IMG/VR virus record: IMGVR_UViG_3300027798_000013
Direction: 5' to 3' (one strand)
DNA length: 64,000 nt
Source: a virus
Taxonomy: Duplodnaviria; Heunggongvirae; Uroviricota; Caudoviricetes
Under the pieces are notes generated by a model. The model saw only the letters and a list, made by a program, of their open reading frames with translations. It did not search any database and was not told the DNA's origin. A program made the translations under genes and the position numbers. This document shows, piece after piece, positions 29,010 through 38,699 of the stretch (position 1 is the stretch's first letter; every line of letters starts with the position of its first letter).

Positions 29010-29431
29010 AAATCGGACTAAGTTATAGCCGTTGCATTTTGGACATTGTTGAAGGTCGTGTGGACATTGACGATGTACTAGTGCTGATCACTCGTACAGA
29101 TTTTGATCCTCGAGATGATGCTCAATGGTCGGGTATTTGGGAAGGCTATTGCCTAGGAGGCATGAGTAATCCAGAGTGGGGTCGCTACGACTTCCACAGT
29201 AAAGACGACGAGGACAAGTTCCGTAGCGTGAGCAGTATGCTATATGAAGATGGCAAAATGCATCAACCTCGACAATTCGGCGCTAATCCAAGACGCAGAC
29301 CAGAAATTTGGTTGGAAGCAGTTTTGCCAAATACAGAGCTTGCCAAAAATCCAGCCGCCCAAATGGCTTGGGACAAGTTTCAAACCATTGCTGGTTTGAC
29401 TAATGTGGAATTAGACGACAAGTACCGTTGA
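29006..29431 (+). CDS. hypothetical protein
   Basis: ORF track; ATGA coupling. Confidence 0.5.
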   Translation: MKIGLSYSRCILDIVEGRVDIDDVLVLITRTDFDPRDDAQWSGIWEGYCLGGMSNPEWGRYDFHSKDDEDKFRSVSSMLYEDGKMHQPRQFGANPRRRPEIWLEAVLPNTELAKNPAAQMAWDKFQTIAGLTNVELDDKYR

Positions 29432-29462
29432 CACGCGGCACCTTTGGTGCTATACTAACAAC

Positions 29463-29735
29463 ATGAAACATTTGCTTATCCTATCTGCGTTGGTACTTAC
29501 TGGCTGTAACAATGCGGCCAGTGGTCCCGCTCCTGTAAAAATGTTGACCTACCAAGAGTTAGTTGACTTTGAACCCAAGTGCGAACTGGCAAGTACACAA
29601 CAACCCATGTTGAAGAAGATTTTGGAAAGAAAGAATTTCGATCCAGAACCAGATAATCTCAAAGAAGAAGATAGGATTTACAATAGTCGTTTGAAAGCAA
29701 CACTTTGGTGGTATGAATATAGGTGCAAACAATGA
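29463..29735 (+). CDS. small lipoprotein
   Basis: MKHLLILSALVLTGC lipobox signal peptide. Confidence 0.5.
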   Translation: MKHLLILSALVLTGCNNAASGPAPVKMLTYQELVDFEPKCELASTQQPMLKKILERKNFDPEPDNLKEEDRIYNSRLKATLWWYEYRCKQ

Positions 29736-30085
29736 AAATATATATTTTGATTTTGGCATTGATAAGTGGTTCAGCTTGGGCTGGTTGCCAAAGCCGTGTG
29801 AGTACTGCTGTCAAAGGCGACGAAGTTGTCAGCACCAACACACTTACTGTTTGTGGTGAAGGACTTGGCGTACTGGAAAAGAAAGTTCGAATTGGACAAG
29901 TTATTTTGGAAACAGAAGTAGAAGATGTTCCCGAACTCAATATTACTTACTTCAAACACAGTCATTCCAAATGCCGTATGTTTAGAGAACGCTATGTATT
30001 CAATAATATCCTACAGGTCAATCACGGAGTGATTTGTCAAAAGGATGCCAAATTGGACATGTGGACAGTGGTGGACAAATGGTAA
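29732..30085 (+). CDS. secreted protein or lipoprotein
   Basis: MKIYILILALISGSAWAGC signal; ATGA coupling. Confidence 0.5.
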   Translation: MKIYILILALISGSAWAGCQSRVSTAVKGDEVVSTNTLTVCGEGLGVLEKKVRIGQVILETEVEDVPELNITYFKHSHSKCRMFRERYVFNNILQVNHGVICQKDAKLDMWTVVDKW

Positions 30086-30158
30086 AATCAATTGTTGACA
30101 ACGCACTACTAGTACGCTATAATACTAACATGCACAACACACACAGAAAGGCATTTAT

Positions 30159-30287
30159 ATGAAGGCATTCATCGCAGGCACAGTTTTTGGACTAGTTCTA
30201 GCCACTGTCGGATTCTCCGGCATTGCTCGAATGTTGGACAAAGGTGTAGACACAGTTAAAACACAAAGCACGGAGTTGGCAAAATGA
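30159..30287 (+). CDS. small single-TM peptide (42 aa), not in the ORF track
   Basis: MKAFIAGTVFGLVLATVGFSGIARML... Confidence 0.35.
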   Translation: MKAFIAGTVFGLVLATVGFSGIARMLDKGVDTVKTQSTELAK

Positions 30288-30409
30288 AAATTATCCTAGC
30301 ACTTATTTTGGTTATTAACTTAGCCGCATGTTCAACTGTATCAGGAATCGGCAAAGACATTTCGTCTGGTGCTGAATGGTCCAAAGAAAAAATAGGAAAA
30401 GCACTATGA
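30284..30409 (+). CDS. entericidin-like small lipoprotein (41 aa), not in the ORF track
   Basis: MKIILALILVINLAACSTVSGIGKDISSGAEW resembles entericidin A/B (lipobox followed by G-x-G-x-D-I). ATGA coupled on both sides. Confidence 0.55.
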   Translation: MKIILALILVINLAACSTVSGIGKDISSGAEWSKEKIGKAL

Positions 30410-30981
30410 AAAAAACTCTATTGTTAATCCCCGTGGTTGCCATGTTGGCGGCTTGTGGCACAACTGATGTGTATCAACGCCGTGCTGACAATGAACGTCA
30501 ATATCAAGAAGAAGCCATTGACAGGGCACTCAAGAAGCGTCCAGAGTGGATGACCAAATTGCCCGTTAGTAACAGTGCAATTTTTGCCGCCGCTGAAGGT
30601 TCAGCTGACAGCTATAACATGGCTATCCATATGGCACGTACCAATGCTCTGACAGACCTGTGCTACAGTGCAGATGGCAGAGTCAGTAGCCAAACTAAAC
30701 AGTTTGAAACAGGTAGCTCAAAGTCCAGCAGTATTGAAAAAGTAACACGTACAAATTGTAACAGTGTTGACGTGACTGGCTATGAAACTTATGGTGCCAA
30801 AGACGTGGGTGAGAATCCTTTGGTAATTCGCACTGGTAGCAAGTTCACTGCCTATGTATTGGTGGCATTGCCTACTGGCGATGCCAATGTGCAACGCAAA
30901 TACAAAGACGGACTCAAGCGTGATGAACGTGAACAAGTTCGTGCTACTGAAGCGTTCAAAGAACTACCTAAGGTGCAATAA
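30406..30981 (+). CDS. lipoprotein
   Basis: MKKTLLLIPVVAMLAACG lipobox. The start is moved to the ATG that overlaps the entericidin-like stop. Confidence 0.55.
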   Translation: MKKTLLLIPVVAMLAACGTTDVYQRRADNERQYQEEAIDRALKKRPEWMTKLPVSNSAIFAAAEGSADSYNMAIHMARTNALTDLCYSADGRVSSQTKQFETGSSKSSSIEKVTRTNCNSVDVTGYETYGAKDVGENPLVIRTGSKFTAYVLVALPTGDANVQRKYKDGLKRDEREQVRATEAFKELPKVQ

Positions 30982-31424
30982 TGATTAAAGAATTTATGAA
31001 TATTATAGAATCAATGGAAGGCATCACTGATGCTTGGTTTAAAAATGGTAGCTTTGAAACTTATAAAAAGCCTGCCAAAGAACGTTATGAAATTGCGGAT
31101 GAACCAGGTACCATTGAAACACTAGAAGGCCCAGTTAAGTATCCTGCTGGATACTATATCATGACTGGACCAAAAGGTGAACAGTATCCAATTACTCCGG
31201 AAAAGTTTCGTGATCTCAAAGACGATTTAGGTGACGGAGTTTGTACGCCTAAAAAAATCATGAAGATTGCTAAACTTGCAGATCATTCTGGATCAGTTGA
31301 CACAAGCTGGGGTGAGAAGCTACATTACAATCCTAGCGAAGATGTTATTGTTCGTCACGGTGAAAATGATTATGGTGTTGTAAAGAAAGACATCTTTGCT
31401 CAAACTTACGAGATGCCAAAATGA
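30981..31424 (+). CDS. hypothetical protein
   Basis: ORF track. Confidence 0.5.
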   Translation: MIKEFMNIIESMEGITDAWFKNGSFETYKKPAKERYEIADEPGTIETLEGPVKYPAGYYIMTGPKGEQYPITPEKFRDLKDDLGDGVCTPKKIMKIAKLADHSGSVDTSWGEKLHYNPSEDVIVRHGENDYGVVKKDIFAQTYEMPK

Positions 31425-31597
31425 TCCGTCTTTGGTTAGCATTTGCCATACTTGCTGTCTTGATACATTTGGGCATTACTGCCTGGAGAAAGATAGAAAG
31501 AAAGGAGCGATGGTCATTGACTAAGTCCGTTGCGTATAGTATACTTGTCTCGTTGCTGGCTGTTCTAGCAATGACAGTAATTGTAATTTTATTCTAA
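31421..31597 (+). CDS. small two-TM membrane protein (58 aa), not in the ORF track
   Basis: MIRLWLAFAILAVLIHLGITAW...SILVSLLAVLAMTVIVILF; ATGA coupling. Confidence 0.4.
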   Translation: MIRLWLAFAILAVLIHLGITAWRKIERKERWSLTKSVAYSILVSLLAVLAMTVIVILF

Positions 31598-31606
31598 GGA
31601 AACATA

Positions 31607-32407
31607 ATGAAACGTATTTTGACTCTTTCTGTTCTTGCCGCGGCTGTGCTGGCAACAGGTTGTACTCGTATCGAAACTGGTGAAGTTGGTGTGCGAGTTG
31701 GTTTTGATAAACAGGTGCAAAGTGGTGAACTACTTCCCGGTTCTTTTAATCAAAGTATTATTGGTGAAGTACTCACATTCCCTATCAAGGATGTGAACGT
31801 GGTACTGGAGAATATGACCCCAGTGGCCAAAGACAACTCAACCATGAAAGACTTTGATGCTGTGGTTGTCTACAACATCAACCCTGGCCAGGTATCTGAA
31901 CTGTATGCAACCAAGAACAGGAGCTTCCATGCTGAGTTCAAAGGTGATACCTATGTGATGTACAACTACATTGTGCAGAATGCTCGTAACGCTATCTACA
32001 AGGCCGCTCGCAAGTACGAGGCCCTGGACATGGCAGATGCTCGTAGCGACATGGAAACCTTTATCAAGGAAGAAATTGTTCGCAATCTTGCCGAGGAAAA
32101 GTTGGACGGTAGTATCACTATTAGTCAAGTGCTAATCCGTAATATTGTACCAGCTGACTCAGTGGTAGCAAGTGCTAACGAATTGGTCAAGGCCAAGAAC
32201 GAGTTCAAGACTGAAGAAGTCAAAGTGGCCACTGCTCGCAAGCGTAATGAATCGATGCAAGCCAACCCAATGGCAATTCCTTTGTTGCGAGCTGAAGCTG
32301 AAGCTGAAGCTATGCGCAAGTTGCCAGATGCTATTGCCAACTTCAAAGGTCAGACCTTGGTCATTAACGGAGTAGTAACACCTACTGTACAAACTAACGG
32401 AAAATAA
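31607..32407 (+). CDS. SPFH/band-7 domain lipoprotein (prohibitin/HflK-like)
   Basis: Lipobox LATGC followed by IETGEVGVRVGF..., the SPFH N-terminal signature. Confidence 0.65.
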   Translation: MKRILTLSVLAAAVLATGCTRIETGEVGVRVGFDKQVQSGELLPGSFNQSIIGEVLTFPIKDVNVVLENMTPVAKDNSTMKDFDAVVVYNINPGQVSELYATKNRSFHAEFKGDTYVMYNYIVQNARNAIYKAARKYEALDMADARSDMETFIKEEIVRNLAEEKLDGSITISQVLIRNIVPADSVVASANELVKAKNEFKTEEVKVATARKRNESMQANPMAIPLLRAEAEAEAMRKLPDAIANFKGQTLVINGVVTPTVQTNGK

Positions 32408-32417
32408 GGAGAAGATT

Positions 32418-33113
32418 ATGTTTGGTGCAAATTATACAAATGGCGGTATTTTAAATTATCGCTCAGCAGAAGAAATTAATTCGGCCATGGGTCGAGTTTA
32501 CGGACACATGAGTCTGGCAGTTGTTGTATCCATGCTGATCAGTTACTTTGTGGGCACTAGCCCAGAGTTGATACAATTCTTTTTTACAGGTGTACTAAAG
32601 TGGATTGTGATCTTTGCTCCACTGGCGGCCATTTTTGGTGTCAGCTACGTGCTAGGCAACAATCCCAGCAAAGGTGTAGCTCAGTTATGTTTGCATGGTT
32701 TTGCGGCACTTATGGGCTTGAGCTTTAGCATGATATTTGCTGTGTTCAACATGGGTAGTATTGTGTCAGCATTTATGGGTGCGGCAATCCTGTTTGGTGT
32801 AATGAGTGGCTACGGTTACTTTACCAAAAAGGATCTAAGTGGCATGGGACAAATGATGTTTGTGGGATTGATTGCTATTGTGATTGCCAGCATTGTTAAT
32901 ATCTTTATTGGCTCAACTGTCATGCAAATGGTTATCTCGGCATTGGCTATCATTATCTTTTTGGGACTCACTGCTTATGACACACAACGAATCCGTGAAG
33001 AAGTCAGTGTTGACACTAGCCCAGCCGTGGAAGTAACAGGTGCATTATCTTTGTACATGAACTTTATCAACTTGTTCCTAAACTTGTTACAACTGTTTGG
33101 CGAAAGAAAATAA
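32418..33113 (+). CDS. BI-1/YccA family multi-TM membrane protein
   Basis: About seven hydrophobic segments with the YccA-like layout; N-terminus YRSAEEINSAMGRVYGHMSLAV. Confidence 0.65.
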   Translation: MFGANYTNGGILNYRSAEEINSAMGRVYGHMSLAVVVSMLISYFVGTSPELIQFFFTGVLKWIVIFAPLAAIFGVSYVLGNNPSKGVAQLCLHGFAALMGLSFSMIFAVFNMGSIVSAFMGAAILFGVMSGYGYFTKKDLSGMGQMMFVGLIAIVIASIVNIFIGSTVMQMVISALAIIIFLGLTAYDTQRIREEVSVDTSPAVEVTGALSLYMNFINLFLNLLQLFGERK

Positions 33114-33114
33114 A

Positions 33115-33255
33115 ATGGAAGATCAACGCTGTTGCGGTGGCGGCAATTGTATCATCAACGATGAAGGCGAGTGTTGGTGCGGACAGCGTTGGGATGGTAC
33201 AAAGATGTGCTTTCCCGTTTTAGAAACTGAAAAGAAAGAGGACGATGATGTTTGA
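33115..33255 (+). CDS. small Cys-rich peptide (46 aa), not in the ORF track
   Basis: MEDQRCCGGGNCIINDEGECWCGQRWDGTKMCFPVLE... with 6 Cys. Coding status uncertain. Confidence 0.25.
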   Translation: MEDQRCCGGGNCIINDEGECWCGQRWDGTKMCFPVLETEKKEDDDV

Positions 33256-33505
33256 TTGGTTCAAAAAAGCCGGCTACAAGAATGTAGTACCAATGTTTCC
33301 TGATCAGGTCCCGTTTGATGACGAACCTACAGTACCAAAGAAAGAGTCCAAGACTTATTACACGTTTGGTGTTACAGATGACAATCGTTTGGCATTCACA
33401 ATGGGTTACACCACACTCACCATGAATCGTCCAGGCATACAGAATTTGATTGACCAACTTGAGCTTTTTAAGAATCAACTGCATGAGGAAGATAAAGATG
33501 TTTAG
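33245..33505 (+). CDS. hypothetical protein
   Basis: ORF track. Confidence 0.4.
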   Translation: MMFDWFKKAGYKNVVPMFPDQVPFDDEPTVPKKESKTYYTFGVTDDNRLAFTMGYTTLTMNRPGIQNLIDQLELFKNQLHEEDKDV

Positions 33506-33878
33506 TGTACTCAAATTCATTTGGCTGATAAGCCGTTCCTCGTGGGACATCATGAACCCCAATCTAAATCCCTTACGCCATGCACCTGTGTATGTCAAAT
33601 ACTTTCTCAGCATCCTGCTGGGATGTTTTTGGAGTCTGGCATTTGGTCTTTACATCGGCGAATTGCTCACTATTGGTTACAACATGTTGGGTCATATTGC
33701 CATCATCAGCATGGTGTTTGCCACCTGGGGTGTGTTTCGTTCAGTGGAAAACACCTATAAGCCACGCACAGGTGTGAACTGGTTACGAGCTCCAGATCAC
33801 TCCAGTCGTTGTGATGAGTTGACTGAAGATCAGCGGCTGGCCGGTGTGACTCGCGCTGATCAAATGCTGAGCCGTTGA
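33498..33878 (+). CDS. membrane protein
   Basis: Hydrophobic segments. The start is moved to the ATG that overlaps the previous stop. Confidence 0.4.
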   Translation: MFSVLKFIWLISRSSWDIMNPNLNPLRHAPVYVKYFLSILLGCFWSLAFGLYIGELLTIGYNMLGHIAIISMVFATWGVFRSVENTYKPRTGVNWLRAPDHSSRCDELTEDQRLAGVTRADQMLSR

Positions 33879-33973
33879 AGAATGAATTTCTTTTGGGGAT
33901 TCTTATTAGGATATATTGTGGGTGTGCTATACATGGCATATCGTTCTAACATAGATTCAAGGACAACTACAGA

Positions 33974-34396
33974 ATGAAATTCTTCGAACCTTTGCGTGAT
34001 GACCTAATGGTACAGCAACAGATCGCCAATAGTTGGGAACACATGGTAGGAGTCATCATGCTGAACCAAACCAGTCGCAAGCCGGTCAAGCTGACCTTGC
34101 CCGAATTCCTTTATTGGTTTCCTACTCCACATGCACTGATAGATGCTGAAGAAGATTTTGTCAAAAGCATATTAGCTCCTTTGGGTATGGCCAATGTCAG
34201 ATACAATCGATTGATCGGTATGAGTAAAGACTACTTGACCTGGAACGGCGAAGATGCTACAATACTATATGGTATTGGAAAATATGGTAGCGACAGTTAC
34301 GAAATATTTTTCAAACAGAATTATTCTGTAGAACCTACAGACAAAGAATTAAAACGATATTTAGAAGAGGAAATATATGACACAACTAGTACCTAA
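33974..34396 (+). CDS. HhH-GPD-like (endonuclease III superfamily) base-excision repair protein, short
   Basis: MLNQTSRKPV...LFE..PTP..L..AEE...I..LG followed by LYGIGKYGSDSYEIF, which parallels the EndoIII helix-hairpin-helix. Confidence 0.4.
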   Translation: MKFFEPLRDDLMVQQQIANSWEHMVGVIMLNQTSRKPVKLTLPEFLYWFPTPHALIDAEEDFVKSILAPLGMANVRYNRLIGMSKDYLTWNGEDATILYGIGKYGSDSYEIFFKQNYSVEPTDKELKRYLEEEIYDTTST

Positions 34397-34904
34397 TGTA
34401 ACATTCGCATTTCGCGAAGGCGACGAATCACCAGAGGGTGGTGGTTGCCCAATCGGTGGCAAATTTGTTTTCAAAACAACAGATGATTTGTTTGCCAACA
34501 AGCGAGTGGTAGTATTCAGCTTGCCCGGCGCATTTACACCCACATGCTCAACATATCAACTGCCAGATTTTGAAGAACAATACGAAGACTTTAGAGCACA
34601 AGGTATCGATGACATTTATTGTGTCAGCGTAAATGATGCTTTTGTAATGAACGAGTGGGCACGTAGTTTGAACATTCAAAATGTACATCCAATTCCCGAC
34701 GGTGGTTTCAATTTTACACGAGGCATGGGCATGTTGGTTGATATGAGTCACATTGGCTTTGGATGGCGCAGTCGTCGCTATGCGGCTGTAATTGATAATG
34801 GACAAGTACAACACATGTTCATCGAACCAGAAGCCAGCGACACTGATCCAGATCCGTATGGTGTATCGAGCCCAGAAAATGTTATGAAATACCTTAAAGG
34901 ATAA
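34377..34904 (+). CDS. peroxiredoxin (Prx5/redoxin-like)
   Basis: [15 protein letters not shown] peroxidatic-Cys motif in a redoxin context. Confidence 0.75.
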   Translation: MTQLVPNVTFAFREGDESPEGGGCPIGGKFVFKTTDDLFANKRVVVFSLPGAFTPTCSTYQLPDFEEQYEDFRAQGIDDIYCVSVNDAFVMNEWARSLNIQNVHPIPDGGFNFTRGMGMLVDMSHIGFGWRSRRYAAVIDNGQVQHMFIEPEASDTDPDPYGVSSPENVMKYLKG

Positions 34905-34906
34905 AA

Positions 34907-35527
34907 ATGCCTAATCTAGTACCAATGGTAATTGAAAGTGAGCCGAAAGGCGAAAGAGCTTATGACATTTACAGTCGTTTGCTCAAGGACCGTGTGATCA
35001 TGTTGGACACGGATGTCAACGAGCATACGTCCAGTTTGTTAGTGGCACAGTTGCTCTTTTTAGAGAGTCAAGGAAACGAAGACATTAACCTGTTTATCAA
35101 TAGCCCTGGTGGGTCCGTTACTGCTGGCCTTGCTATTTACGATACCATGCAGTTTATCCGACCAGACGTCGCCACTTACGTTATGGGACAAGCCTGTAGT
35201 ATGGGCTCATTCCTTGCTCAAGCCGGCGCACCTGGAAAGCGGTTTGTTCTGCCCGAAGCCCGTACAATGATCCATCGTGTGAGTTCTGGTACTCCTGGAA
35301 CCCGTGGTACAGTACACGTACAGGAATTGGAATTTGAGGACGCAAAACGTAGTTTTGAAGAATCTAAGCGTATTAACGAACGCCTAACTGAACTGTATGT
35401 CAAGCACAATACCGCTGGAAAAACGTATAGTCAGCTGTACGAAGCTATGAAGTTTGACACGTTTTTGAGTGCCAAAGAAGCAGTGGAATACGGGTTGGCT
35501 GACAAAGTCATTGAAAAGCGTCCGTAA
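34907..35527 (+). CDS. clpP: ATP-dependent Clp protease proteolytic subunit ClpP
   Basis: Similar along the full length to ClpP: [35 protein letters not shown] (active-site Ser), MIHRVSSG. Confidence 0.85.
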   Translation: MPNLVPMVIESEPKGERAYDIYSRLLKDRVIMLDTDVNEHTSSLLVAQLLFLESQGNEDINLFINSPGGSVTAGLAIYDTMQFIRPDVATYVMGQACSMGSFLAQAGAPGKRFVLPEARTMIHRVSSGTPGTRGTVHVQELEFEDAKRSFEESKRINERLTELYVKHNTAGKTYSQLYEAMKFDTFLSAKEAVEYGLADKVIEKRP

Positions 35528-35555
35528 TTATTAGTTCGGGGTCACTGACTCCAAA

Positions 35556-36467
35556 CTATTTTATTTCAACAACCCCTTTGAGTTCAACACTGTCTACTAG
35601 ACTCATAAGGGCGTTGAGTCCGCCGCTTTGCCACGATTCGACAGGTCCACAAAACACAGCTTTAAGATAATGCATGCCTGGGGTGCCAGTGGGTTGTTTG
35701 AATGCTACCAACTGCGTGGTTTCGGCGACTAGTATGTTAGAACTAAACATGCTACCTTTGTATTTTTCCGCATTGCCTATACAATTCCCAAACTTGTTAC
35801 TTGAATCAAATCTTTTTGATCCTAGGAATTTGTAACCCAACGGTTCCCAATCTTCTCGAGTATCACCCCTGCCTCCCAACGATGAAGTATCAACCCAGTG
35901 TTTTAGCGGTGCATCATATTCATTTATAGAAAGAGTAGCACCGTTGTAATCGTAAGTGTTGAGTACACTTATTCGTTGTCCAAGGAATTTGGATCTTATT
36001 GACATGGCTTTCTCAATTTGTGCGGAATATTTTCCGCCAGGAGAAAGATTAGAATTTACAGAAAATATAGAGGAAGCATAAGGTTTATAGCCGCCGTCAA
36101 TGACTCCTTTTTCATCGTTATCTTCCGCACCTCGTTGTGGTTGGACTTTCATACCTCCCGGCGGAGGCACTATAGCTTGCCCTGATTTGGTAACATATCC
36201 TGTAGAGTTGTCTGAATCTTGTTCAGATGATTTATCCGAGCCAGGCTCATCAAAAATATCACCTATATTACTGCCTATTTGTCCCAAGCGATCGCCTGCA
36301 CGTTTGCCAAAAATTCCGCCAATAGTTGATCCAATTTTGCGGCCAATCTCGCCTTCTATCATAGGATTACTAACCACACGACCAGTGCGGAGATCCAGTC
36401 CTCGAATCAGCTGGCCGCCACGGTCAATATGTTCTAAATGGTCTATCAGTTTTCTTAAATCATTCAT
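35556..36467 (-). CDS. hypothetical protein with a Gly-rich N-terminal repeat region
   Basis: GEIGRKIGSTIGGIFGKRAGDRLGQIGSNIGDIF repeats. The only minus-strand gene in this block. Confidence 0.5.
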   Translation of the reverse strand: MNDLRKLIDHLEHIDRGGQLIRGLDLRTGRVVSNPMIEGEIGRKIGSTIGGIFGKRAGDRLGQIGSNIGDIFDEPGSDKSSEQDSDNSTGYVTKSGQAIVPPPGGMKVQPQRGAEDNDEKGVIDGGYKPYASSIFSVNSNLSPGGKYSAQIEKAMSIRSKFLGQRISVLNTYDYNGATLSINEYDAPLKHWVDTSSLGGRGDTREDWEPLGYKFLGSKRFDSSNKFGNCIGNAEKYKGSMFSSNILVAETTQLVAFKQPTGTPGMHYLKAVFCGPVESWQSGGLNALMSLVDSVELKGVVEIK

Positions 36468-36568
36468 TTTAAGTCCTAGGAAGGTTGTTCAGTATTTATT
36501 CGGGTGGCAGGAATTGCTGTTAAAAAAATGTCCGTAAAACACGGGTTTTTTAGAAATTCATAGTACAC

Positions 36569-36576
36569 TATAAATA
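36569..36576 (+). promoter_or_regulatory. TATAAATA motif (T4-type late-promoter-like) upstream of gene 36596
   Basis: Exact TATAAATA about 20 nt before the ATG, followed by an AGGAG RBS. Confidence 0.3.
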
Positions 36577-36595
36577 CACATGTTAGGAGTGTGCT

Positions 36596-37324
36596 ATGTC
36601 CCGTTCAGCGTTCAATTGGTCCGAGTTGGATCGAAATACCCTGTATTCCATGCTTTATCAGCTGAAATCAGAAATAGTTGATAAACGGCTAACCATAGGT
36701 GAAATTACCAGCACAATAAGTAAGCATATCAAAGCCCAACTTCCTGTCAAAATAACCAGCAGTAGACACAAGCCCGTTAAGCCAGGCGAAGTTTGGATAG
36801 GTGGTGCTTATTACGCCGATCTCGACAGCGCAGGAAATAAACGATTTATTGAAGTAGAACTGGTATTTCCAACCACTGCTGACACTATGAAAACCAGCGC
36901 ATATCGGTGGGAGCGTATGTGTTGCTTATTTGCCGATACAGTACTACACGAAATCATACACACACGCCAATATCGTGCTAGACGCTTCAAAGATATTCCA
37001 GGTTACGAAAGTACCGCCTATTATGCCAAGGATCGAAGAGAACAAGAGTACTATGGGCATCGTGATGAAATGGGCGCACACAGTTTCAATCTAGCACAAG
37101 ACATGATTGATAAGTTTGGTTTTGATACTCGAGCTATCAAAGAATACTTGGACAGTCCAGTACCAAAACGTGTTCGTTCAAATGGCTGGGGACGTTTTAT
37201 GAAAGCATTTGAGTACAATCATAGTCATCCAAAAGTCATACAGATGAAGCATAAAATTATGACTCAATTGGAAAATGCCTACGCAGGCAAGCCATTTAAG
37301 ACCACAAACCACTTGACATACTGA
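36596..37324 (+). CDS. HExxH-motif protein (SprT-like or zinc-metallopeptidase-like)
   Basis: DTVLHEIIHTRQY. Confidence 0.35.
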   Translation: MSRSAFNWSELDRNTLYSMLYQLKSEIVDKRLTIGEITSTISKHIKAQLPVKITSSRHKPVKPGEVWIGGAYYADLDSAGNKRFIEVELVFPTTADTMKTSAYRWERMCCLFADTVLHEIIHTRQYRARRFKDIPGYESTAYYAKDRREQEYYGHRDEMGAHSFNLAQDMIDKFGFDTRAIKEYLDSPVPKRVRSNGWGRFMKAFEYNHSHPKVIQMKHKIMTQLENAYAGKPFKTTNHLTY

Positions 37325-37373
37325 TAATTACACTGTATAATAAACACTTATACAGTTAACTATCGGAGTAAAC

Positions 37374-38699
37374 ATGAGCGTTTGTGCTAGTCATATTTGG
37401 GATTTGGAAAGTCATCCTTCCCGTCTAAACAAAGAAGCAATCATTGAATCCATTGCCCAATCAGGCAATAAGGAATTTTTTGAAGGTTGTCGCCTTGCAT
37501 TGGATCCCATGATTACTTTTGGTATTAAACAAGTTCCGGAGAAAACAGATGAAGATGGTGCTGGCTTACCTTGGGATAGTTTTACTCTCGCTCTTACTGG
37601 CTTTGTCACACGTCAAGTTACCGGTAACACAGCTAGGGATATGATCCAAGCAATGATGAAATCCGCCACCAAGAAAGAGTGGAATGGATGGTATCGACGT
37701 ATCCTTATCAAGGACTTGCGTTGCGGTACAAGTGAAAAAACAATTAACAAAGTAGTGGAAAAGAAATATGCTGACTATGCTATTCCTGTATTCGGTTGTC
37801 AGCTTGCTCATGACAGTGCTAATCATGAGTCGAAGGTATCAGGCAAAAAACTTATCGAAGTTAAACTCGACGGAGTTAGAGTGCTTACTATTGTACGTAG
37901 TGATGGTCGGGTGGATATGTTCAGTCGCAATGGTAAAGAACTGGTTAATTTTCCGCACATTGTAGAACAACTTAGTGCAGTGGTCAAGACACATGGCACT
38001 GACAAAAATATAGATGTTGTACTCGACGGCGAGATAATGAGTAGCAGTTTTCAAGACTTAATGAAACAAGTACACCGCAAGGACAATGTGGAAGCAGGTG
38101 ATGCTGTTCTCAACTTGTTCGATGTGATTCCATTAGAAGATTTTGAAAAAGGTGTTTGGGACAAAGATCAATCTGCTCGCAGTGACATGGTTTACTATTG
38201 GCACAAAACTTACAAAGACATGTTGCCTAACGTATCCGTTGTTGGTCATGAACTTGTTGATTTGGATACCGAAGAAGGTCAAGTTCGTTATAAAGAAATC
38301 AATGCCAAAGCCATTGAGGGTGGATATGAAGGCATCATGCTTAAAGATCCAGCGGCTGGATACGAATGTAAACGCAGTGTGGCTTGGTTAAAACTCAAAC
38401 CGTTTATTGAAGTGTCGCTTGCTGTAGTTGATACAGAAGAAGGTACTGGTAAGAATGTGGGTAAGCTGGGTGCGCTGGTTTGCGAAGGTGTCGACGACGG
38501 CAAGTCTATTCGTGTCAATGTTGGCAGTGGACTTACCGATGAGCAACGTGATGGCTTTTGGCAGTTTAAAGATGATTGCGTTGGCATGGTGGCAGAAGTA
38601 CGTGCTGATGCAGTAACACAAAATCAAGACGGCACATACAGTTTGCGCTTTCCACGTTTTAAAGGTTTTAGAGGATTTGCCCCAGGAGAAAAAATATAA
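37374..38699 (+). CDS. ATP-dependent DNA ligase
   Basis: KLDGVR (KxDG adenylation motif I). Downstream motifs EG.MLK and the OB domain follow in order. Confidence 0.8.
   Translation: MSVCASHIWDLESHPSRLNKEAIIESIAQSGNKEFFEGCRLALDPMITFGIKQVPEKTDEDGAGLPWDSFTLALTGFVTRQVTGNTARDMIQAMMKSATKKEWNGWYRRILIKDLRCGTSEKTINKVVEKKYADYAIPVFGCQLAHDSANHESKVSGKKLIEVKLDGVRVLTIVRSDGRVDMFSRNGKELVNFPHIVEQLSAVVKTHGTDKNIDVVLDGEIMSSSFQDLMKQVHRKDNVEAGDAVLNLFDVIPLEDFEKGVWDKDQSARSDMVYYWHKTYKDMLPNVSVVGHELVDLDTEEGQVRYKEINAKAIEGGYEGIMLKDPAAGYECKRSVAWLKLKPFIEVSLAVVDTEEGTGKNVGKLGALVCEGVDDGKSIRVNVGSGLTDEQRDGFWQFKDDCVGMVAEVRADAVTQNQDGTYSLRFPRFKGFRGFAPGEKI

Noticed and set aside
36520-36550. CCGT-AAAAC-ACGG hairpin plus a T-run upstream of gene 36596 as a terminator
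   Set aside because: The stem is only 4-5 bp and there is no + strand gene immediately upstream to terminate. It is more likely part of the promoter or UTR region.
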